Positions 1 to 9,330 of a stretch of 64,000 nt of DNA are shown in pieces. Made by a program: the position numbers and the translations under genes. This stretch comes from an uncultured Clostridia bacterium (GTDB lineage: Bacteria; Bacillota; Clostridia; UMGS1883), in NCBI GenBank assembly GCA_947589005.1, contig CANPZO010000007.1, positions 1,125 through 65,124 on the forward strand, written 5' to 3'. Under the pieces are notes generated by a model, which was not told the origin of the DNA, searched no databases, and saw only the letters and a list, made by a program, of their open reading frames with translations. Position 1 is the stretch's first letter. The number at the start of each line of letters is the position of its first letter.

Positions 1-3000
1 GGCTATGGCGATGCCGAACTTAAGAACGAGACATATCTCGATTTCAGCGACAATGGCTATGTAACCTACAATGGCAACGGAACAGACTTTAAAGGCACCG
101 GCGTCGGATATGTAGACCTTCCAGCTTCAATTGTGCAGGCTCTTAACGGTAATTACACAATATCAATGTGGGTAAAACAGGATGGCGGAACAAGTAGTAC
201 CACCGCATTTTGGGATATGTGTCAAGATGATACAGGGAGTAACAATAATAATCGCATTTTTATGCAAAGAACATATGACGGTAAGCTTAACATACGTTAC
301 CGTCCTATAGACGCAGGCCCAAATACAAATATTAATGGTATTAATCAAACCGATGGGAAATGGGCGTTGATTACTGCCTCGTTTGACTTAACAGATACAA
401 AACGGCTCACAACATACGTAAACGGAACCGCATACAAAAACGACCAAGAATGGACAACCAAAAATGCACCTTCCGTAGTATATGATTTAAATAAAGAAAA
501 ACAGGTATTCCACCTTGGCCGCAATCAGTGGGCGAGGGATAGTAGCGATAGTACAAAAACTGCGAATCCCTCCCTTAACGGCAGCATAGCCGACGTGCGC
601 ATTTACAACAGCGCCCTCACCGCGGAGGAAGTCGCCGCGCTTATGGGTGTAAAAAGAACAGCCACCATCAAGTATGTTAGCGGGGATACAGAGATAGCGC
701 CCTCGACGACGGTGGAGACCTTCTCCGACAAGGTCGCTTTCGATATTCCCCAGCAGTTTACTTACAACGACACGATTTATGTTCCGGCAGAGAATAAAGA
801 AAGTGACGAGAAGTCTTACGCCGAGGAGATAAAGGTTCAATACAAAAAGGCCGACGTTGCGGTTGCTGAAGGTTCAAAAGAAATCACCTTGACGTCCGAG
901 ACTATTATCGATGGCAATGTTCCCGCCGCTCAGACCGTGGAAATAACAACAGCCGAAGAAAGCATAAAGTATATCGGCAAGATCGACTGGGAGTCTGTTA
1001 AGGGAGAGCTTAAATACACCGACGGACAGCCCAAAACGGTTATCGCTCCCGTAAAGTCTGACAACGTTCAAGACGGAACCGTAAAGGCGAAAATCAATGT
1101 TACCGTTTTGCCCTGCACGGACGACAGCTTGGCAAAAGAACCCATTGAATCCAGTGCGACCGACACCGGACACGCTTTCAGTCCTGTGGCGGGTAAGGCT
1201 ACTTTTGAATTTGATGTTACGTTTAGCCGGTTGGATGGTATGTCTGCTAATGCTGGCGACCATGGCGTATTTTTCGGTGAAAGGGTATTTACTCTCCCTG
1301 CGTTTACATCTCAGACTCCTGCATTTACTGGCGCCGGTAATGCAATTGGCATACAGGGAACCGCAAAAGGAAAGTTTATATTCAAAAAAGGCAATGGTAG
1401 CGGAGGAGCAGATTCTGCAACTGACAGGGCTTTTAGCGTAAATCTCAATGAAAAGTACAGAATTCTCGTAAATGCTGATACAGAAAATGATAATTACACT
1501 GCTATCATTTATGACAGCGATGGTCAAATCGTTAAGGAAGAAAATGAGGCACTTGCTTTCCGTAAAACTGTTGACAAGCTCGACACCCTTGTTACATCAA
1601 CCAACGCTCACACCGACAGCAGCTTTGTTGTCGAAAACTTCCGTGTTTCATGGACGGACGACGAAAAATACGCCGTTGTAAAGGCGGACTATAAGGCCGA
1701 AGGTGTGGATGGTCTCAACAAGTCTCTCGCAAAGGTAGTTAAGAACGGTGAAACTGCCACGTTTGAGGCCCTTGCTTACAAAGGTGACGCCAAGACAAAT
1801 CCGTCAATAACCGGCAACTATATTTGGAAAGCGCAAGAATGGCAAGAGTCAGTTGGCGAAGATAAGGATATCACGATAGACCTTGTCAAGAATGATAACG
1901 CCAACGCGGGTGATCTCAAAAAGGGTGGCATATATTCTTGGGACGGCAAGGTGTACAGTAAACCATCCAACAAAGAAACACCACTTGACGTTAAAGATAC
2001 CGGCGCAAAGACTTATCGCATAGTCAGTGACAACCTTATCCCCAACGGCACCTTTACTGATGGAACTTTGGGATATTATTATTACAGTGATGGACTTCAG
2101 CCGTTAGGTGCAGAATTCACTGTTGATAACAATGCTATTAGTCCTACTAAGAACGAAGGCCAAGAGTCAAAGTATTCGATCCTTACCGGCTGGGATGTTG
2201 AGAAGGGAAAGACATATCTTTTCACAATGGATGTCAATGCTGATTTCCGTTCCGGAGTAAAAGCATGCTATCATCAATATGGAACATATGAGACAAGCTT
2301 TCCAAAGACAGGCGTTCTTTCTAATACTTTCGGCCCGGAAATAATTAAAGATGGCACATATCATTCTGTACAGACAATCTGTGAAAGCGACAGCAAGATT
2401 TTTGAGATTTCGCTGTATTGGCTGGACGAAAGAGTCAATGCGAGCGGCGGTGAAAATGCAGCACAGGTGTATTATAAGAACTTCGGTCTTTACGAGGTTG
2501 AGGAAATTCCCGCTCCCGAAGCGCCCACTCCTGAGCTTGGCTGGAACGGCGAAAACTTCACCATCAACTTCACCGGCGAGGCCGGACAGACCATAAAGGT
2601 TTATCATGAGAATGACAATGGCGACGGTACAATGATAGAAGTAAAGGATGGTTCCAAAGAACTCACCGAAGGCAATACCACTGTCGCGGTAGTGCCCGGA
2701 AACACCAACCGCATTTACACCGCCACCGTTACCGCCGATGTTGAAGGTGCTGAGGGCGTGAGCATAGAAAGCTTGCAGTCCGAAAAGGCAAGCGTTTACA
2801 GCCTGGTTGTGGACGCGCTTGTCGCGGAGGGCGAGGGCAGCGTTGACTCGAATAAGCTGGAAGCCGTAAACAAGGTTATCAGCTCGGGCGGCGTATACTT
2901 CGAGGGAGATACGCTCGCCGAAGGAACCGAGCTTAAGGAAAAAACGGCGGATATCATGACGGTAACCGCAGAAAATGAAGTTACCATAAATGCCGCTTTG

Positions 3001-3276
3001 ATAGCCCTTAACGTAGGCTTTGTTTACAATGACGGCAATCTGTATGTCGGCACCGGTAAGAATGCCGCGGGTGCAGCTGACGGTACTTACAGCAAGCTGA
3101 CGATTGGCGACGGAACCGTTACTCTTGGCGGCAAAATTGAAAACGGCAAAGTCCAGTCCAATGAGACGGTTACCCTGTCGCTTGACGCGGTAAACATTGA
3201 ATTCGTAGAAACACTCGTCGAGGAACTTGAGGCCAACGGCGTTGACGCCGAAATGGGTCTCACCCCCGAGCTGTAA
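1..3276 (+). CDS. Large secreted/surface multidomain protein, 5'-truncated by the window edge: LamG/ConA-like jelly-roll, Ig/MucBP-like and CBM-like regions
   Basis: Frame is open from base 1. LamG-type motifs (YTISMWVK...W.LIT.S....L.TYVNG...G.IADVRIYN.ALT.EEV) and an NLIPNGTF motif typical of CBM4/9-like modules. Visibly more AT-rich than the core genes. Confidence 0.75.
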   Translation, partial: GYGDAELKNETYLDFSDNGYVTYNGNGTDFKGTGVGYVDLPASIVQALNGNYTISMWVKQDGGTSSTTAFWDMCQDDTGSNNNNRIFMQRTYDGKLNIRYRPIDAGPNTNINGINQTDGKWALITASFDLTDTKRLTTYVNGTAYKNDQEWTTKNAPSVVYDLNKEKQVFHLGRNQWARDSSDSTKTANPSLNGSIADVRIYNSALTAEEVAALMGVKRTATIKYVSGDTEIAPSTTVETFSDKVAFDIPQQFTYNDTIYVPAENKESDEKSYAEEIKVQYKKADVAVAEGSKEITLTSETIIDGNVPAAQTVEITTAEESIKYIGKIDWESVKGELKYTDGQPKTVIAPVKSDNVQDGTVKAKINVTVLPCTDDSLAKEPIESSATDTGHAFSPVAGKATFEFDVTFSRLDGMSANAGDHGVFFGERVFTLPAFTSQTPAFTGAGNAIGIQGTAKGKFIFKKGNGSGGADSATDRAFSVNLNEKYRILVNADTENDNYTAIIYDSDGQIVKEENEALAFRKTVDKLDTLVTSTNAHTDSSFVVENFRVSWTDDEKYAVVKADYKAEGVDGLNKSLAKVVKNGETATFEALAYKGDAKTNPSITGNYIWKAQEWQESVGEDKDITIDLVKNDNANAGDLKKGGIYSWDGKVYSKPSNKETPLDVKDTGAKTYRIVSDNLIPNGTFTDGTLGYYYYSDGLQPLGAEFTVDNNAISPTKNEGQESKYSILTGWDVEKGKTYLFTMDVNADFRSGVKACYHQYGTYETSFPKTGVLSNTFGPEIIKDGTYHSVQTICESDSKIFEISLYWLDERVNASGGENAAQVYYKNFGLYEVEEIPAPEAPTPELGWNGENFTINFTGEAGQTIKVYHENDNGDGTMIEVKDGSKELTEGNTTVAVVPGNTNRIYTATVTADVEGAEGVSIESLQSEKASVYSLVVDALVAEGEGSVDSNKLEAVNKVISSGGVYFEGDTLAEGTELKEKTADIMTVTAENEVTINAALIALNVGFVYNDGNLYVGTGKNAAGAADGTYSKLTIGDGTVTLGGKIENGKVQSNETVTLSLDAVNIEFVETLVEELEANGVDAEMGLTPEL

Positions 3277-3294
3277 TTAAGGAGGCTGAACGAT

Positions 3295-3465
3295 ATGAAA
3301 AAGGAATTTAAAGCCCCTGTTGTGGAAACCAAGGCGTTTAACAGCCCCGAGGATATAATGTTAGGCATTATGCTTACAAGCTCCGGGCAGGGCAACGACA
3401 ATGCAATAACAGTAACCGATGAGGCCATAAACGAGGGTTTCAAAATCTGGAAGGGTTTAAAGTAA
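3295..3465 (+). CDS. 56-aa small protein MKKEFKAPVVETKAFNSPEDIMLGIMLTSSGQGNDNAITVTDEAINEGFKIWKGLK (not in ORF track)
   Basis: TAAGGAGG RBS just upstream of ATG 3295. Sits between the large gene and a terminator. Confidence 0.75.
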   Translation: MKKEFKAPVVETKAFNSPEDIMLGIMLTSSGQGNDNAITVTDEAINEGFKIWKGLK

Positions 3466-3477
3466 CTCAATAACGCG

Positions 3478-3508
3478 AAGGGCTCACCCGTTTGGGTGAG
3501 CCCTTTTT
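3478..3508 (+). terminator. Rho-independent terminator
   Basis: AAGGGCTCACCC-GTTT-GGGTGAGCCCTT followed by a T run. Confidence 0.85.
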
Positions 3509-3509
3509 C

Positions 3510-3535
3510 GGCGGCTTGAGGGCAAGCCGCCCTAC
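3510..3535 (-). repeat. GTAG-type REP-like palindrome (GGCGGCTTGAGGGCAAGCCGCCCTAC)
   Basis: Identical copies at 21370-21395 and 26134-26159. Variants at 26184-26209, 44662-44687 and 44707-44732. Confidence 0.8.
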
Positions 3536-3549
3536 GTCGTCGCGGGGGC

Positions 3550-4140
3550 GAGGCGGGGGAGGTGAGCGGAATAATTGGCGGGTATATATACTTAGTCGTA
3601 TATTTGTTGCCGTATATATGTGTAAGCGGGAGCGCAATGCGCTCCCCTACGGGTGGAGCGGGCTCGGCATCGCGTGTTCCGATTTTAAAAATCGGAACGA
3701 CGGCTCGCCTCGCCGCTCCTCCTTTTCCCAGCAAACAACTTTGTTGTTTGCTGGGGCCCCATGGGAAAAGGCGGGGAGGAAACGGAATAATCGGCAAGTG
3801 TATTTATGTAATCGTATATTTGTTGCCGTATATATGTGTAAGCGGGAGTGCAATGCGCTCCCCTACGTCGTCGCGGGCTCGGCATCGCGTGTTCCGATTT
3901 GAAAAATCGGAACGACGGCTCGCTTCGCCGCTCCTCCTTCTCCCCGCAAACAGCTTTGTTGTTTGCGGGGGCCCCGGGGAAAGGCGGGGGGAGGGTGAGA
4001 GGAATTATCGGTAAGTATATTTATGTAATCGTATATTTGTTACCGTATATATGTGTAAGCGGGAGCGCAATGCGCTCCCCTACGGGTGGAGCGGGCGAGG
4101 CGGGGAACCACGGGGAAAGACGGGGGGAAAGGCGGGGAGG
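3550..4140. repeat. ~216-bp imperfect tandem repeat (about 2.5 copies), each carrying a REP-like palindrome GCGGGAG(C/T)GCAATGCGCTCCCCTAC
   Basis: GGAAT anchors at 3568, 3784 and 4001. Palindromes at 3626, 3842 and 4059, with another copy at 9088. Confidence 0.85.
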
Positions 4141-4180
4141 AAAAAGTTGCCGAGGGAAGCAAAAAAATTTCAAAAAATAC

Positions 4181-4209
4181 TTGACAAGCGGGAGAGAATG
4201 TGGTAAACT
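4181..4209 (+). promoter_or_regulatory. sigmaA promoter for the rpmG-secE-nusG operon
   Basis: TTGACA-N17-TAAACT with extended TG. Confidence 0.75.
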
Positions 4210-4317
4210 ATCATTACCTCGATGAGAAGGCTTTTTTATTGTGCGGCAAAGAGCCCTCCAAGAGGGAATTTAGGTGAAGGCCACCGGCCTTGTGCATAAA
4301 TGAAAGGAATGAACGGC

Positions 4318-4467
4318 ATGAGAGTTAAAGTAACATTGGCGTGCACCGAGTGCAAGCAGCGGAACTACGACACTATGAAGGAAAAGAAGAATACTCCCGA
4401 CAGACTTGAAATGTCAAAGTACTGCCGCTTCTGCCGCAAGCACACCGTACACAGAGAAACTAAGTAA
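4318..4467 (+). CDS. rpmG: 50S ribosomal protein L33, Zn-binding form (not in ORF track)
   Basis: [49 protein letters not shown]; canonical position before secE. Confidence 0.97.
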   Translation: MRVKVTLACTECKQRNYDTMKEKKNTPDRLEMSKYCRFCRKHTVHRETK

Positions 4468-4479
4468 AGGGTGAGTGAA

Positions 4480-4698
4480 ATGGCAGAAGGAGTAAAAAAA
4501 GAGGGGATAATTGCCCGCGCCCGCAAGGGTATCAAAGCCACTAAGTCCGAACTTAAAAAGGTAGTTTGGCCCACAAAGACCCAGCTCGTCAACAATACGG
4601 GCATAGTTATTGCCGCAATCGTTATTTTTGGTATCATTCTTACGGTTTTGGACCTTGGATTTTCACAGCTTATGGCGCTTATCCTGCCTAAGGTCTGA
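4480..4698 (+). CDS. secE: Preprotein translocase subunit SecE
   Basis: KSELKKVVWPT motif plus one TM helix. Confidence 0.95.
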   Translation: MAEGVKKEGIIARARKGIKATKSELKKVVWPTKTQLVNNTGIVIAAIVIFGIILTVLDLGFSQLMALILPKV

Positions 4699-4731
4699 GT
4701 TGAAGGGAGGTCAGGGCAATAGCCCGCTGCG

Positions 4732-5268
4732 ATGATAAGAACAAGCGACGAACTTCGATGGTATGTTGCCCACACCTACGCCGAGTATGAGATGAAGGTC
4801 AAGGACAGCATTGAGAAAACCGTTGACAACCGTAATATCCGCAATCTTATCGCCGAGGTGCGCGTCCCCACGGAGGATGTTGTGGAGGAAAAGGAGGACG
4901 GCCAGAAAAAGGTCGTCCAGAGAAAAATTTATCCCGGCTACGTCTTTGTAAAGATGATAATGACCAACGAAACTTGGTACATCGTCCGCAATACCCGCGG
5001 CTGTACCGGCTTTGTGGGACCGGGAAGCGAGCCTGTGCCGCTGAGCGAAAAGGAAGTCGAGCGCATGGGCGTGGAGGTGCCGACAGTCGAGGTGGACTAC
5101 GCCGTGGGCGATACGGTCCGCATCAACGAGGGCTCCATGGAGGGCTTCATGGGCGAGGTTGTGGATATAAATACCGAGCGCAGGACAGTCAGCGTCATGG
5201 TGACCATGTTCGGCGGACGCGAAATGCAGGTGGATTTCGATTTCCGCCAGGTAGAGCCCCTGGAGTAG
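4732..5268 (+). CDS. nusG: Transcription termination/antitermination factor NusG
   Basis: WYVAHTY, YPGYVFVKM and VRNTRGCTGFVG motifs; KOW domain. Confidence 0.97.
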   Translation: MIRTSDELRWYVAHTYAEYEMKVKDSIEKTVDNRNIRNLIAEVRVPTEDVVEEKEDGQKKVVQRKIYPGYVFVKMIMTNETWYIVRNTRGCTGFVGPGSEPVPLSEKEVERMGVEVPTVEVDYAVGDTVRINEGSMEGFMGEVVDINTERRTVSVMVTMFGGREMQVDFDFRQVEPLE

Positions 5269-5290
5269 TCCCGGGACAGTTAAGTTTTGA

Positions 5291-5360
5291 GTGGGAGGAC
5301 GGCGCAGGAGCGCCGCTTTGGTCCGCTATAGCAGCCCCGCACGGCGCTGCTTAATACCAC
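5291..5360 (+). promoter_or_regulatory. L1-binding autoregulatory leader before rplK
   Basis: GTGGGAGG...ACCAC kink-turn-type motif with a long internal insert. Confidence 0.55.
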
Positions 5361-5386
5361 ATTTTTTCATAGGAGGTGCACTAATA

Positions 5387-5812
5387 ATGGCACAGAAAGT
5401 TACAGGCTACATTAAGCTGCAGATACCCGCAGGCAAGGCCACTCCGGCGCCGCCGGTAGGTCCCGCCCTGGGTCAGCACGGTGTTAATATCGTGCAGTTT
5501 ACCAAGGAATTCAATGAGAGAACGGCTAAGGACGCAGGTCTTATTATCCCTGTTATAATTACCGTTTACGCCGACAGATCCTTCACCTTTGTGACAAAGA
5601 CGCCCCCCGCGGCCGTCCTTATCAAAAAGGCGTGCAAAATCGAAAGCGGCAGCGGCGTGCCCAACAAGACCAAGGTCGCCGCTATCAAAAAGGCCGACCT
5701 TCAGGCCATAGCCGAGCAGAAAATGCCCGACCTTAACGCCGCCAGCCTCGAGGCTGCCATGAGCATGATCGCGGGTACCGCGAGAAGCATGGGCGTAACT
5801 GTTGAAGACTAA
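5387..5812 (+). CDS. rplK: 50S ribosomal protein L11
   Basis: [26 protein letters not shown]; AGGAGG RBS before ATG 5387. Confidence 0.98.
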   Translation: MAQKVTGYIKLQIPAGKATPAPPVGPALGQHGVNIVQFTKEFNERTAKDAGLIIPVIITVYADRSFTFVTKTPPAAVLIKKACKIESGSGVPNKTKVAAIKKADLQAIAEQKMPDLNAASLEAAMSMIAGTARSMGVTVED

Positions 5813-5832
5813 CGCGCTTTGCGCACAAATAA

Positions 5833-5860
5833 GTGGGAGGGAGAAATCCCGTTGACCACC
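5833..5860 (+). promoter_or_regulatory. Second L1-binding site before rplA
   Basis: GTGGGAGGGAGAAATCCCGTTGACCAC. Confidence 0.6.
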
Positions 5861-5878
5861 AAGGAGGTTAATTAAGCA

Positions 5879-6571
5879 ATGAAACACGGTAAGAAATATA
5901 ATGCCGGCGCCAAGCTCATTGAGGCCGGTAAGCAGTATGACCCTGCCGAGGCTCTGGAGCTGGTCGTTAAGACCGCCAGCGCGAAGTTCGACGAGACTAT
6001 CGAGGCCCATATAAAGCTGGGCGTTGATTCCCGCCACGCCGATCAGCAGGTCCGCGGCGCCGTTGTACTTCCCAACGGAACAGGCAAAAAGGTGCGCGTG
6101 CTCGTATTCGCCAAGGGCGACAATGTTGACAAGGCCCTCGCCGCCGGCGCCGACTATGTGGGCGCCGAGGAGTATGTCGCCAAAATACAGAATGAGAACT
6201 GGTTCGATTTTGACGTGGTAATAGCCACTCCCGATATGATGGGCGTAGTTGGCCGTATAGCCCGTATCCTTGGTCCTAAGGGCCTCATGCCCAACCCCAA
6301 GGCCGGTACCGTAAGCCCCGATGTGGCCCGTGCCGTCAACGAGGTTAAGGCAGGTAAAATCGAGTACCGTCTCGACAAGACCAACATCATTCACTGCCCC
6401 ATCGGTAAGGCGTCTTTCGGCGCGGAAAAGCTGGGTGAAAATCTGAACACCCTTATGTCCGCCATAGTCAAGGCTAAGCCCGTCGCCGCCAAGGGCACCT
6501 ATCTCAAGAGCGTTGCTATCGCAAGCACAATGGGCCCGGGCATAAGAGTGAACGGCGCCAGATTTATGTAA
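5879..6571 (+). CDS. rplA: 50S ribosomal protein L1
   Basis: [15 protein letters not shown]; [15 protein letters not shown]. Confidence 0.98.
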   Translation: MKHGKKYNAGAKLIEAGKQYDPAEALELVVKTASAKFDETIEAHIKLGVDSRHADQQVRGAVVLPNGTGKKVRVLVFAKGDNVDKALAAGADYVGAEEYVAKIQNENWFDFDVVIATPDMMGVVGRIARILGPKGLMPNPKAGTVSPDVARAVNEVKAGKIEYRLDKTNIIHCPIGKASFGAEKLGENLNTLMSAIVKAKPVAAKGTYLKSVAIASTMGPGIRVNGARFM

Positions 6572-6599
6572 GTTTTCAGGAATTTTTTTCAAAAAGCTC

Positions 6600-6628
6600 T
6601 TGACAAAACAAAGCTTTTGCGGTATAAT
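6600..6628 (+). promoter_or_regulatory. sigmaA promoter for rplJL
   Basis: Perfect TTGACA-N17-TATAAT. Confidence 0.85.
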
Positions 6629-6639
6629 TGCTACCGTAA

Positions 6640-6750
6640 AAAATATCTTTTCCACAGACAGCGGGCGACAGTAAGTCCCGCCGAGGAAGATTTTCAAAAG
6701 AAGGATTTTCTTAGGGAGTCTTTGCGTCTGTGGCAAAGACTCCATTTTAA
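6640..6750 (+). promoter_or_regulatory. L10 leader RNA
   Basis: CCACAGACAGCGGG...CCCGCCGAGG core upstream of rplJ. Confidence 0.75.
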
Positions 6751-6772
6751 TTTCATGTGAGGTGAAACGTGT

Positions 6773-7399
6773 ATGCCAAGTCAGAAGGTTCTCGATGAGA
6801 AGAAGCAAATCGTTGCCGGCCTTACAGAACAGCTCAAAAACGCGGTTTCCGGCGTGTTTGTAGACTACTGCGGCCTCACCGTTGAGCAGGATACGCAGCT
6901 CAGAAACAAGCTCCGCGCGGCAGGCGTTGAATATAAGGTAGTGAAAAACACCCTTACACGTCTGGCTGTCGACGCGGTTGGCTTTAACGAGCTGGATCCC
7001 GTCCTTAACGGCCCCACGGCTATTGCCGTCAGCATGACCGACGAGGTGGCTCCCGCCAAGGTCATAGCCGATTTCGCAAAGGACAATGAAAAGCTTGAAA
7101 TCAAGAGCGGTTTCCTTGATGGACGTGTAATGAGCATTGACGAGGTCAAGACTCTTGCCGCCACACCTAACCGCGAGACTCTTATCGCAAAAATCATGGG
7201 CAGCCTGAACGCTCCCACCAGCAAGCTGGTCCGCACATTGCAGGCCCTTGTGGACAACGGAGTGGAGCCCGCCGATATCAAGAAGGCGGCCCCCGCCGCA
7301 GACGCCCCCGCCGAAGCTGCCCCCGCCGCAGCCGCCGAGGCTCCCGCTGAGGCTCCCGCGGCCGAAGCTCCCGCCGCTGAGGCCCCTGCCGCCGAGTGA
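6773..7399 (+). CDS. rplJ: 50S ribosomal protein L10 with Ala/Pro/Glu-rich C-terminal tail
   Basis: DYCGLTVEQDTQLR, VVKNTL and GPTAIA motifs. Confidence 0.97.
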   Translation: MPSQKVLDEKKQIVAGLTEQLKNAVSGVFVDYCGLTVEQDTQLRNKLRAAGVEYKVVKNTLTRLAVDAVGFNELDPVLNGPTAIAVSMTDEVAPAKVIADFAKDNEKLEIKSGFLDGRVMSIDEVKTLAATPNRETLIAKIMGSLNAPTSKLVRTLQALVDNGVEPADIKKAAPAADAPAEAAPAAAAEAPAEAPAAEAPAAEAPAAE

Positions 7400-7450
7400 G
7401 CCGGCATTATCAAAGGAAATAATATTTAATAATATTGGAGGTTGTTTATA

Positions 7451-7819
7451 ATGACAATTCAGGAAATTATCGATGCCATAAAAGAGCTTAAGCTGCTTGA
7501 GGTTGCCGAGCTCGTTAAGGCTATGGAAGAGGAGTTCGGCGTAAGCGCCGCCGCTCCCGTTGCCGTTGCCGGCGCTGTTGCCGGAGGCGCTCCCGCCGAG
7601 GAGGAGAAGACCGAGTTCAATCTGGTTCTGGCTGAGGCCGGCGCCGAGAAGATCAAGGTTATAAAGGTTGTTCGTGAGATAACCGGTCTCGGACTTAAGG
7701 AAGCTAAGGCTGCCGTTGACGGCGCTCCCACCACACTTAAGGAAGCCATCAGCAAGGACGACGCCGAGAAGTACAAGGCCCAGCTTGAAGAGGTTGGCGC
7801 TAAGGTAGAGCTTAAGTAA
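7451..7819 (+). CDS. rplL: 50S ribosomal protein L7/L12
   Basis: [10 protein letters not shown]; [20 protein letters not shown]. Confidence 0.98.
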   Translation: MTIQEIIDAIKELKLLEVAELVKAMEEEFGVSAAAPVAVAGAVAGGAPAEEEKTEFNLVLAEAGAEKIKVIKVVREITGLGLKEAKAAVDGAPTTLKEAISKDDAEKYKAQLEEVGAKVELK

Positions 7820-7840
7820 GCTGACTTAAAAATGGAACGC

Positions 7841-7862
7841 AGAGGGGCCTTTCGGCCCCTTT
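7841..7862 (+). terminator. Terminator after rplL
   Basis: AGGGGC-CTTTCG-GCCCCT followed by TT. Confidence 0.7.
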
Positions 7863-7900
7863 AGCATAGGTAAAATTCTTGGGCGGCGTTTTGAAGCGAG

Positions 7901-8911
7901 GTGCGGAAAATGACTTACGAGGAGTTTGTAAAGGAAATAAAGGCGGGGCTTCCGTCGTCATTATATCTGCTGACAGGGCCGGAGGACTTTTTGAAGGAAA
8001 AGTGCATCGAACAGGCCAAAAGCAGGCTGGTGACGCCGGGCTTTGAGGACTTTAACTTTCAGAGCTTCAATCAGGTTCCGGATTTTTCCGCGTGCGCCGA
8101 TTTTGTGAACGGTATGCCGATGATGAGCGAACGCAAGCTGCTGGTGCTCAGAAAGTGCGGGTTTTTTGACGCGAAGCTCAAGGGCAAGGCCGACTGGGAG
8201 GGGTTGTTCTCAAATCTGCCCGAGACGGTCTGCGTCTTGCTTTGGGAGCCGGATCCGGAAAAAAAGAAAGCCTCAACCGGCCTGCGGAAGGTATGCGAAC
8301 AGGCCGGCACCGTGGTGGATTTTCAGTACCAGACAGCGTCAAAGCTGGCGCCGTGGATAGCGAAGGCGGCCTCGGCCGGAGGTAAGCTTATCGACCGCGG
8401 CTGCGCCGAATATCTCATCGCCAGCCTCGGACGCAGCATGAGCGTGCTGAAAACCGAGCTGGAAAAGGTGACGGCCTATGCCGCCGGAGAGCAGATAACC
8501 AGGGCGGACATCGACGCGGTGATAATCCTGCCCACGGAGGACAGGGCCTTCAAGCTTATCGACTCCATTATGGATGGGCGAAGGGACCTTAGCTATATGT
8601 ATCTGGGCGAGCTGCGGCAGAACAGGACGGAACCGGTACAGTTTTTGTCGCTGTTTGCCGGTCAACTGCTGACGATTTATCGGGCCAAGCTGCTGTTGGG
8701 AGAAGGAATACAGAGGAGCGCGGCGGCCAAAAGGCTGGGCGTGGCTCCGTTTGTGGCCGATAAATGCGTGGCTAAGGCCGCCCGCGCCTCGGAGGAGGGT
8801 CTGGAGGGATTGATTTCCCTTTGCAGGGACGCTGACCGGGATATAAAGCAGGGCAAAATAGAGCCTTGGACCGCGCTGGAGCTGATAGTGGCCCGGGCAA
8901 AAGTGATGTAA
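7901..8911 (+). CDS. holA: DNA polymerase III delta subunit
   Basis: LYLLTGPEDFL, PMMSERKLLVL, ELEKV and D.DIKQG motifs. Confidence 0.9.
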   Translation: MRKMTYEEFVKEIKAGLPSSLYLLTGPEDFLKEKCIEQAKSRLVTPGFEDFNFQSFNQVPDFSACADFVNGMPMMSERKLLVLRKCGFFDAKLKGKADWEGLFSNLPETVCVLLWEPDPEKKKASTGLRKVCEQAGTVVDFQYQTASKLAPWIAKAASAGGKLIDRGCAEYLIASLGRSMSVLKTELEKVTAYAAGEQITRADIDAVIILPTEDRAFKLIDSIMDGRRDLSYMYLGELRQNRTEPVQFLSLFAGQLLTIYRAKLLLGEGIQRSAAAKRLGVAPFVADKCVAKAARASEEGLEGLISLCRDADRDIKQGKIEPWTALELIVARAKVM

Positions 8912-9178
8912 ACGCCGAAGCAAAATGCTTCGGCGTTTGAGCTTGTCGAAAAACAAAAATGTAGCCTTGAAACTGTAGGGGCGGTCATTGGCCGTCCGCC
9001 ATCAAACGTTTATGTTGACAATGATAAATGATATTACAATCAAATATATTCACAAAATCGTATATTTGTCACCGTAAATCTGTGTAAGCGGGAGCGCAAT
9101 GCGCTCCCCTACAAAATCCGGCAAAGAAATCGACTTTATCGACAGTCTGAAACGCTGAAGCATTTTGCTTCGGCGTTT
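8910..9178. mobile_element. MITE-like insertion flanked by an inverted duplication of the holA terminator hairpin, containing an inverted REP doublet
   Basis: 8910-8938 AAACGCCGAAGCAAAATGCTTCGGCGTTT; 9150-9178 is its reverse complement with one mismatch. Inner ends TGTCGAAAAA / TTTATCGACA. GTAGGGG at 8975 and CCCCTAC at 9106. Confidence 0.65.
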
Positions 9179-9249
9179 TCTTTTTTTTGCATTTGATTTG
9201 TCATCAGTTTTGGGGGACGAAAAAGGTGTGAAAAAAATTTAAAAATATA

Positions 9250-9278
9250 TTGACATTGGAATTTTGGGGTGGTAATAT
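9250..9278 (+). promoter_or_regulatory. sigmaA promoter heading the phage-like operon
   Basis: TTGACA-N17-TAATAT with extended -10 TG. Confidence 0.8.
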
Positions 9279-9291
9279 ATAGCTACACAGG

Positions 9292-9305
9292 CGAACAAAT
9301 GTTTG
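9292..9305 (+). promoter_or_regulatory. LexA/SOS (Cheo) box
   Basis: CGAACAAATGTTTG fits the Firmicute GAAC-N4-GTTY consensus and lies just downstream of the -10. Confidence 0.7.
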
Positions 9306-9330
9306 CGTTTTGAAGCGGGGAGGTAGACAA

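Noticed and set aside
3550-4140. CRISPR array
   Set aside because: The units are ~216 bp, the intervening sequences are themselves repeated rather than unique spacers, and there are no cas genes
3087-4225. ORFs 3087-3797, 3492-3902, 3562-4014 and 3848-4225
   Set aside because: Translations of the repeat array, with no RBS or protein-like composition
7280-7399. Repetitive 3' end of rplJ
   Set aside because: Low-complexity Ala/Pro/Glu tail in frame with L10; no evidence of a separate element
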